Source: Eledone cirrhosa (taxonomy: Eukaryota). Taken from it: DNA of 64,000 nt. Shown here one piece after another: positions 54,588-64,000 of this stretch. The stretch lies in NCBI GenBank assembly GCA_964016885.1, contig OZ024741.1, positions 44,826,001 through 44,890,000 on the forward strand, given 5' to 3'. Numbering within the stretch: position 1 is the stretch's first letter; each line of letters starts with the position of its first letter. The notes under the pieces are model-generated. The model saw nothing but the letters and a program-made list of their open reading frames with translations. It had not been told where the DNA came from and ran no database searches. The position numbers were made by a program, and so were the translations under genes.

Positions 54588-56111
54588 TCTCCCTTTGCTT
54601 TGTTTGTTGAAAAAAGAAGTAAGTGACATAGTCACTACTTTAAAATAATAGTGCAAGGTCTTCAAAATGTGTTTAATTAAGTATACAGTATATTACCAAA
54701 TATACTATACATATATTCATATATATATACATATATATATTGTTATATATGATTTCTTAACACAGTCGCTTGCAACCTGAGGTCTCAAAGCTATAAAGAA
54801 AATATATATAGTAGAGTAAGCTTTGAAACCTTAGATACCACGCAACTGTGTTGAGTAAGTTTCTAGTATATATTTTGTTTCCTCGTAGCATAGAGCGCAT
54901 TTTTCCCTTCGTCTATCCTGTTGAATCCTTTGACACTACATACATATATATGGTTGAATGGAGGAAATTCTTAAGTAAATTATCGCTCCGATGATTCCTC
55001 TATTAGATGTTGCCTGTTCGTTCCGGGGAAAACCTAGAAATACAGATAGGTAATGTTTTACGTTAATAAGCCAAACGTTTACTAACTTTTGTCTGTCGCG
55101 ATTAACAAGGTATGAACATTCTGATGGAATCGATTTGAATATTTATCTTATTAACTCAAACATGCTCTTACAGTATATACTATATTGTCTAGCTTTATGA
55201 TATCCCGCCGTTTCTCTTGGTCCTTATAATTTGCTGGTAGTAGTTGAATAGGGATTTACTTCAGGCAGATTCCAAAGCTATTTTTATTTCTTATTGAATT
55301 GATATTACTCCAATTTCCTCTATCAAGTAAAGCAACAGCATCTCATGAGCTTGGGGTTTTGGAGGAAATTGAATGATAGAACATCTTCAGCAAAAATCGC
55401 TCGTTAAATTTCGAAATATTTATGACAATCGTATGCCGTTTTCAGTGTCGTCATGTCAAGAGTTCCTCTTTAGAGTGACTAAAAAAAACTACGTTAGAAA
55501 ATGAAAATACAATTTAATGTTTTTATCTACATTACACATCAGAATATAGTCATATGCTGGAAATTAATATTTTTTAATAGTCGTCTCCCTTTTACTGAAA
55601 TCAGTGTTAGTAGGCTTATAAAATATTGAGTTGCTTTGAAAGTTTATTATATCAAATGGACGCCAAAATAGTAGTACAATTCACCATAAAAATATAGCAG
55701 AAGCTGGCTGTCTTTTATTTGATTGATAAAACAAATTCATCAGACGGGAACATATTAATCATGGAAATTGGAAAACTGTCAATATTAGAAAAGTCTCAAT
55801 GAATGAGAGAAAAGAAACTATGAGAGAAAACAAAAATCACACAAGATAGTAAATGAGGGTTTGTGTGTTCTAGTTGGCAAACGAAAGCCTGTGATGGAAA
55901 ACAGTTCATTGTTATGAGTAAACAGTAAAATATATCACAATACTTAGAGAATATGAAGACGTAAACGTTGATTGAAGAAATTATTGTAACGTCTCAACTC
56001 AAGCAGTAGATATACACATTTATATGCATACATACGTATATACATACATACATACATACGTACATACTTCCATCGATACACATATCCATGTATATATATG
56101 TATGTATACAC

Positions 56112-56156
<45 letters not shown>

Positions 56157-56244
56157 CATAATACACACGCACGTGCACATACACACACACACACTCTCAC
56201 TCACACACACGCACATATATATATATGTGACCGGGATAACAATT

Positions 56245-56615
56245 ATATGATTATCGGACGCCATGCTTTCCAGCATAGTTACGTCCCTTTTCGATCTGAG
56301 TTCAAATCCCACCGATTTCACTTTGCCTTTCATCCTTACGGGGTCGATAAAATAAAGTACCAGTAATGCACTGGATAATTGCTGGCCTTATGCCAAAAGT
56401 AGAAACAATTATTCTTAGTATATATAAGGGCGGTGGATTGGCAGTATCGGTAGAGGGCGCCATGCTTTGCAGCATTGAGTTACGGCCCTTTATGGTCTGA
56501 GTTCAAATCTCACCGAGGTTAACTTTGCCTTTCATCCTTACGGGGGTCGATAAAATAAAGTACCAGTAATACACTGTGAAATTGCTGGCCCTGTGCCAAA
56601 AGCAGAAACAATTAT
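56245..56615 (+). mobile_element. Two tandem tRNA-derived SINE copies
   Basis: GAGTTCAAATC B-boxes; each unit is followed by ATTATTCTTAGTATAT. Confidence 0.9.
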
Positions 56616-57292
56616 TCTTAGTATATTGACTGTTGTCTAGTTTTCTAACTTTTAACGTCTGAAATTTAGAATTTTCTGGATTTGGGTCCGTGAAACTTTA
56701 AATATTTTCTATATGTTATTTCAACCATAGCAGTAGGTAACTTTCTGAGTCTGGGTTTGATGACCTGTTTGATGACCTATCCCGCCATAAAATGGTAGGG
56801 GGTACACATACACTGAAATTCTGCTGGACACCAAGGCTAGCAGTAAACAAATTTGGCTGGTTTGAACTCCCATTGACCGTATAGTGTTGTCGGCTGAGGT
56901 GATGGGGGACTGGTAGATAGAGAGAAAAATAAAGTTAGTAGTATTCTGGGTGTTATTTGACTGGTTAGCCACCCACACTTCTGTGCCTGCGCAGGGCTGC
57001 TGGGAGGTTCTGAAAGTTGGAAGGGAGCGGACAACCAAAACCAAAACATATTTTTTCTTCCAACCCTTTCCACCTAAAATTGCCTCGGAAATGTTAACTT
57101 TTATTAAATTTTTGCTGTGTGAAGAAATCACGATATCTATCGTCAAGGAAATATGTATAACGGCCCAATTAATAAAATACTCTTACATCTATAACTTCAC
57201 ATTTACTTCTTTATAAATATACTCCGTCATCCTTGTTTTTAAGAAGTATATATGATGCCGAGTGCTAAAATTGGATTGCATCCTTGTATAAC

Positions 57293-57339
<47 letters not shown>

Positions 57340-57627
57340 AAATCATAAGTGGGAAAGCAAACAGACGAAATGTTACCTAATTTACTTCGAGGTACCAAAT
57401 GCAGAGTTACTGTGTAAGAAAGCAGCTTCGATATTCTAATAATTTAGGATATCCTTCGCAGTGAAGGATCACTAGGAGATATGTCAATCGAAGAGAAAAC
57501 TTTCAAGTGATCGTTACCACGATAAGTTTCAAATGGGAAAATGTCACGTGGTAAGTGATCAGCAAGAAGGGGAGCGAAATGTGGATAGTTGGCGGGTAAC
57601 ACGATTTCTAAAGCTGTTCTTTACTCA

Positions 57628-57673
<46 letters not shown>

Positions 57674-57824
57674 ACAAAAGTATAGACATAAATATAGGGG
57701 TGTCCATTAATTACTAGTTTCGCTCAACGAATGAATTTATTAAATAACAAACCAGTCAGAGCATTATAAAATCATAAGTGAAAAAAGCAAACACACGCTC
57801 ACACACACACACACGCACACACAC

Positions 57825-57865
<41 letters not shown>

Positions 57866-57877
57866 CACACACACAAA

Positions 57878-57918
<41 letters not shown>

Positions 57919-58191
57919 ACATATAATATATATATATACATATATATATAGATATAATGTTATATTAGATTATTTATTTATGTTCATACACGGAACAATG
58001 CTCTGGTTCACAGAAATACACTTTTTATACACACACACAGACGCAGACACATATATACGCCAATACTCATCTCTTTCCATTTTTAGAGTGTTCTAAACCC
58101 CACTGTCAGGCAAAATTTTCTTTAGTCAAAATAAACGGTGAAAGCTATTTCTAATTTCAATCTCGCACGGTGTTTCAAAAACATACTTACT

Positions 58192-58225
<34 letters not shown>

Positions 58226-58488
58226 ATAGAATTAAACGAAATTTCATTTCTCACTCTAATACGTCACTTACTTAAATGTAAGTATGTATGTATACGTACA
58301 TACATATATGTATACAGACGTACAGTAGTATGTATATATATACATACATGTACACACATATATATGCACGTATCGGTTTACCGAACATTTATTATAATGC
58401 TCGGTTTGTTTGTAAACAAACAGCCCGAATTACGCCGTACAGTGTTTAGGCAACCAAGTCAACTTTTTGTTCAACACTGACACAGGAA

Positions 58489-58529
58489 CGATGTACTAGT
58501 TTCAAGCTTATTAGCTATCGTCAGTATCG
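58489..58529 (-). ncRNA. Minimal hammerhead (family D), GUA site
   Basis: CGATa-CTGACGA-tAGCT-aata-AGCTt-GAA-ACTAGT-A-CATCG. Confidence 0.75.
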
Positions 58530-58682
58530 TATACCTTCCTGCCAGATGGTTGAACGTCTGAAAGTATATACTTTCCTTATGCATATTAGGCTGCAAATTA
58601 CGCAAATTAGGCTGCTCAGCCGTTAATATGCATATGGAAAGTATATACTTTCAGACGTTCAACCATCTGGCAGGAAGGTATA

Positions 58683-58723
58683 CTATGCTGACGATAGCTA
58701 AGAAGCTTGAAACTAGTACATCG
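58683..58723 (+). ncRNA. Minimal hammerhead (family D), GUA site
   Basis: CtATG-CTGACGA-tAGCT-aaga-AGCTt-GAA-ACTAGT-A-CATCG. Confidence 0.75.
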
Positions 58724-58983
58724 TTCCTATGTCAGTGTTGAACAAAAAGGTGACGTGGTTGCCTAAACACTGTACGGCGTAATTCGGGCTGTTTGTTTGT
58801 TTACAAACAAACCGAGCATTATAATAAATGTTCGGTAAACCGATACGTGCATATATATGTGTGTGCATGTATGTATATATATACATACTACTGTATGTCT
58901 GTATACATACATGTATGTACGTATACATACATACCTATATATATATAGGTATACATATATACCTATATATATATATATATATA

Positions 58984-59120
58984 TAACGAAGGAATTGTTT
59001 TAAGGAACCAGATGGACCATAACGCACCAGAGTACTCAATACTTAATAATAGGGTAGTAGAGTGGGTAATAGGAAAAAGTATGACCCCGTTGAAACGGCT
59101 TGAACTCTGCCGTCGGGATC
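58984..59120 (-). mobile_element. Family A copy
   Basis: Reverse complement of the 165-268 body, followed by a + strand half-hammerhead. Confidence 0.8.
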
Positions 59121-59147
59121 ATACTTTTTTCTATATAAATATATATA

Positions 59148-59466
59148 TATTGTTATACTTGGGAAGGGTCATATTTGTGTAATATTGCCAGAATTAATAA
59201 CAGAACACACTCACTGTTTGGTTGGTTTTCGCTTTTCGCTTCTGTGTCCTTTATATCGATAATCTAATTTATTCGGTCCTCAATGTTGCCATTGACTGAC
59301 CAACGGTCAAAAATACAGATTCAATATAGACACAAACACATATATATCTATTTTTGACCGTTGGTCAGTCAAAGCGAAAAGCGAAAACCAACCAAACAGT
59401 GGGTGTGTTCTGTTATTAATTATGGCAATATTACACAAATATGACCCTCCCCAAGTATAACAATAT
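59148..59466. mobile_element. Fold-back element sharing the family B terminal motif
   Basis: Arms ~59148-59241 / ~59370-59466, with an inner IR ~59292-59320 / ~59345-59372. Confidence 0.85.
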
Positions 59467-59542
59467 TTGTTTCGACACACGATTTCATATCAAAAACCTC
59501 GCAAAACTAATATATATATATATTCTGTACAGAATACTTTTT

Positions 59543-59623
<81 letters not shown>

Positions 59624-59629
59624 TCTGTA

Positions 59630-59764
59630 TAGAAATAGCCGTCGAAACGGCCCGAGCTCTGCCGTCGGGGTCTTGAACATTTTCCTATTATCCACTCAAC
59701 TACCCTAACTATTGAGTACTCTGGTGTGTTGTGGTCCACCTGTTTCCTTACCACACCTCCTTCG

Positions 59765-59766
<2 letters not shown>
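59630..59766 (+). mobile_element. Family A copy
   Basis: Matches 131-268. Confidence 0.8.
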
Positions 59767-59799
<33 letters not shown>

Positions 59800-59814
59800 T
59801 AGAGAGAGAGGGGG

Positions 59815-59848
<34 letters not shown>

Positions 59849-61092
59849 CAACTTATACCACCGACTGCCCTACCATGTACATCCAGATTAAATGAAGATC
59901 ATCCTCAAACCCACACAAACAGAAACCATATAGCTATTCCTACCTTCAGATGCTTGCTTCAACCATTCAAGGATGAGCTAAATCACCATGTCTCTACCTC
60001 CCTATAAACCAACTACAGAATACTACGAATAAAATGGAGAAAATAGGCATCATCAGGCCCCACCGGTCGTATTAGGTAGTTTCTATATAACAATTATTCT
60101 CTGCAGTGACAAAGACCCCATTTCGTTATTTGCTATGTCCTACCAAACCACTGAAACCACCAACCCGCTAACTTGAAAATAGCGCATATAGAAACCATAA
60201 TAATAAAAAAAATGTGATGAACGTTTCCAATTGTTTTTATAGAAAATGTTATTGAATTAGACATTGGTGTTATTGTCTGTTATGTGGTCCTCTTGTATGT
60301 CGGAAAATATGGATTTGTTTTGTTATTTGAAGATAGAAATACATTTGTTATGATTACGATTCATTGATTTTCTTCAACAGTTATCTGTTTACGATGTAGA
60401 TGTCATCTGTAATTCTCATCATTAATCTATATGTGAAATGTTGGTCTGTTTTTGTAAGGTTGAAAGATAACTGAGAGGGTGTAGAAATTGTCAACCTTGG
60501 ACGGAAACTAAGGAATTGTAGAATTCTCAGAAATATGAAATGAATAATGAATGGGAAATGTGTGAAAAATATATACATTTTGTTAGACCATCTGTAATGT
60601 TTGTGGCAATTTATATGATCCATTTTTATTCGGTTATATATTTTCTAGACAATTTTATTGATGAACCGTTAGAAATTTCCCTAACGTCTGGGACGATATT
60701 TGTCTGGATATGTAATTGTATTGATATTACTGAATGATTTATTGTTTCATGGAAAATGAAATATATAAATGAATGACGTGAATCACATGTTAGATGAAAA
60801 GTAAATGTACAGAAAATTTGAATTATTTGAGTGATAGATGATGTATTGTTTGTTTTTTCAAGGGTAGACCACAAGCAAGAGAATTAGATAACATCCATGA
60901 GCTTGGTTGGTCACGTTTTTGGAGCTAGCCTGATGAGTTGGAGCTTCTAAGAGAACTCGCAAGAATGAGTGTTTGGGGGTCTCTACTCCCACGACCCTCT
61001 CAGGGAGAAGAAGAAGAAGAAGAAGAAGAAGAAGAAGAAGAAGAAGAAGAAGAAGAAGAAGAAGAAGAAGAAGAAGAAGAATATGATGATGG

Positions 61093-61127
<35 letters not shown>

Positions 61128-61524
61128 TAATATTAACGGGATAATTTTTTTCGGGTGGAGAATATGTGAGCCTGTCGGCAATCTTTGCCGGTTTGTAGGA
61201 AATTACTAATCTTTCTTGAGCAGTCTGATAGCAGACGCTGTCATTCTAGTCGGTATTGATGTTGATTTTTAAAAGTTAAACGTAGAGATATATGACATAC
61301 TCGGTAACAAACATTTTATGAAATACACAGCCCTGTGAGAGTAGTAATGTAATGGTAATTCTTCGTTTCTAACTGAAATTTTCTGTAAATCTATCGTCTA
61401 CAAATGCTTATGTGTTATCAGAAAAATTCTTGTTTTTGTCAATGCCTGTAGTATGACTAGATGCTGTCATTGAGCGAAATTATATATTAATTACATTAAT
61501 CAGCAATTTTAATTTCAAATGTCG

Positions 61525-61850
61525 CTTTGTATATACTACCAGTAGTGTTATATGGTCTTGACTGTGTTAATTGGACGTCAAGGTCACTTCAGAAGCTCTC
61601 TACATTCCAGAAGCACATCATGAGACTTATAACTGGCCAGCAGATCAACGACCGTATCTGTATCAGTGAGCTGCTCAACATTACCAAACTTAGACCAATT
61701 ATATCAATTGTCAAGTCAAGAGTACGCAAACTATACGGCCATATAAAGATCAACTCATGATGTGAGTAGGTTATGCCTGGAAGTAAAGTTAGCTGGTAAG
61801 AGAAGCAAAAACCGGCCCAAAACGATGGCTTGACAACGTCAACTTATGGA
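61525..61850 (+). mobile_element. LINE ORF C-terminal fragment (RTE-like)
   Basis: YILPVVLYGLDCVNW..LSTFQKHIMRLITG..NDRI..LYGHIK..GKRSK.RPK. Confidence 0.75.
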
Positions 61851-63641
61851 CTGGACTTGATTTTTACTCTTTGAACCCTGCTGTTGGTGATCGAATTTTT
61901 TGGAGAGAGATATCACATGCTGATGTGCAGTCTGCAGCTGGCGGAGTTTAGCGTCACAAGAAAAATACCTATACCTACGAATGTTGTGAGAATCGTTGTG
62001 ATCAATTGATTGGTTTGCCATATTTCAGTTAAAGGAGAAAAATGGGATATTACTGAACAGATTGAAAAAGTGTAAAACGTAATAAATAAAAGAAAAATAT
62101 TTTCTGTATCTTTGATTTCTGAAATACAATTAGTAACTTAGACTGCCATAGTATGCAGTGTGTCTAAGTTATGATATTTTGTACAGACCTTCTTAATTAT
62201 GTGTCTTATCTTTGGTGTTTATCTATTAAACTCAGCAAACCTTGTAGTCACTTTAGAGAAGGGGACATATAACTGGCTTTCTGATGTGAACATAACTGAA
62301 CAGAACTGTTTCATCTTCAGAAGAAATCTTTATAAACATCTTTCAGCATTAGAACCACCATTTTGGAACTGTTTACTACCTGTATGATTTTTGCGTTAAG
62401 CTCAGATACAATAAGGTCATTTAACCCATGAACAACATTACAACCTTTTGTTTTCGATCCATTTTCTATAGGAAGTATATAGTTGTTGAATTCCATTTTA
62501 TTCCTCCTTTCAATATTGTCCATATGATTTGAAGGGCGTGTTTTAGGTTAGTTGAATTAATATTTTAACTTACGACAACCGTCTTTGATCAGGTGTCATG
62601 TTTAGCGACAGATGTAGTCCCAACCCCGAATGATGACGTTTTCCCCAAAAGAAACGTATTTGAGACATCGATCGATTGTTATCATTTGATATTTGAATGG
62701 GATTATAAGGGCCACTGAGTGGAAACGGTGAAACATGAGTAATTCATCCTAAATTATGTTATCACACTAAATTATCTAAGTTGCTTTCTCACACTGTATT
62801 GATATATTGCATATAGCACAATGAACACGATGGAATCGAAGACAATTCAAAATGAGCAGCCTTACCCTCATCATGTGGCAAAGTAGCTACAACAGATGTG
62901 GCTGTTGCTCTGACAATATTTGATTCTTTGCAAATATATAGGAGAATGACACTGTTAATGTATATCTAATGTTGAAACCTGAATCGCCTGAGTAATGACG
63001 CGGAAAGCTGACTGTTGACCGCTACTGGATTTTCTAAAGTTTTCACTGAAGCAATTTTCCGGGAAATCGTATTTTTTTTTCTTAGCTCTTGTTTGTATCA
63101 ATGTTTATATTGGGGTTCCGTGAAATGATTTAATGTTGAACGGTTTTATTCAATCTTCTGCGGATTATGTAGTAGTATACAATAATTTTATGCATAATGC
63201 ATATATTTGGCCTTCAGGAGGTTGAGGTTGAACAGTTGAAATAATTTATCTGGTTCAGTATGTTTTCAGCATAGAGCGATAGAGCAGAAAAACACTTCGC
63301 AGTTGATGCGTTTTCCTGAAACATCTGCTGCTTCCATTGCTTGGTAACATTTCCTGTAATCGTATGCTAAGCCCGATTTAAGTACTGCTTCTTTGTATAT
63401 AGGAATAATCCTACCATTAACTGTTATCTTATCCAGGAATTACGAAGCTCAAGGACAATAATGTTATACATATCGGATATAGAACTGTTCTTTAGGCGAA
63501 ATGATGTAGATGCCTCCGATTGAATGTTTTAGTGTTGTTAATATAGTATATAGTTCCATATACACTCTGTTATGCTTACTACTGATGTCAATTAATTATA
63601 TTCAGCCTAGTTCGCACTAAACGCAAATGACTATTTTAAAT

Positions 63642-63841
63642 NNNNNNNNNNNNNNNNNNNNNNNNNNNNNNNNNNNNNNNNNNNNNNNNNNNNNNNNNNN
63701 NNNNNNNNNNNNNNNNNNNNNNNNNNNNNNNNNNNNNNNNNNNNNNNNNNNNNNNNNNNNNNNNNNNNNNNNNNNNNNNNNNNNNNNNNNNNNNNNNNNN
63801 NNNNNNNNNNNNNNNNNNNNNNNNNNNNNNNNNNNNNNNNN
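63642..63841. other. Assembly gap (200 N)
   Basis: Run of n. Confidence 1.
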
Positions 63842-64000
63842 ATTGTAATATCAATATATCAAACAAGAAACAACAAACACACATGCTCACCGAGTCAAAA
63901 ACAAATAAAATTATATTAAATTAAATTATGTTACTCAGAAAAATCAAAATAATACAAGATCTACTTAAGTTAAATTTAAATTAAATTACGTATACTCTGT

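Larger units (their letters stand above)
54211..54720. mobile_element. Fold-back element (family E), arms ~54211-54411 / ~54515-54720
   Basis: Reverse-complement arms; (TA)n flanks. Confidence 0.9.
58237..58934. mobile_element. Fold-back element (family D), arms ~58282-58588 / ~58624-58934
   Basis: Near-identical reverse-complement arms, ~35-bp spacer, (TA)n flanks. Confidence 0.92.

Noticed and set aside
59900-60860. Possible Gypsy RT (KMEKIGIIRP) and PLE-like (HLTCDS) fragments
   Set aside because: Motifs are too short to support without a homology search.
60930-60960. CTGATGAG motif
   Set aside because: No properly placed GAAA or stems; probably part of a LINE 3' end before (GAA)n.

Overview
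This is AT-rich, microsatellite-dense animal DNA, probably from an octopod cephalopod (inferred from the SINE/RTE/Penelope repeat types). I found no convincing host gene. The window is a mosaic of retroelements: five Penelope-like (PLE; RT and/or GIY-YIG) remnants, one near-intact RTE LINE, fragments of other LINEs (RTE, CR1-like, R4/Dong-like), a deleted Gypsy-type LTR element, Tc1/mariner relics and tRNA-derived SINEs, plus a 200-N gap. The main pattern: three of the five PLE copies carry an inverted duplicate of their own 3' end (one with apparently identical 1030-bp arms). In addition, several unrelated short non-coding fold-back elements sit in (TA)n tracts, and many of these arms contain type I hammerhead ribozyme motifs, including minimal palindromic-stem-III, U4A-core and branched-stem-II variants. 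All structures were read by eye; none were folded computationally or searched against databases.
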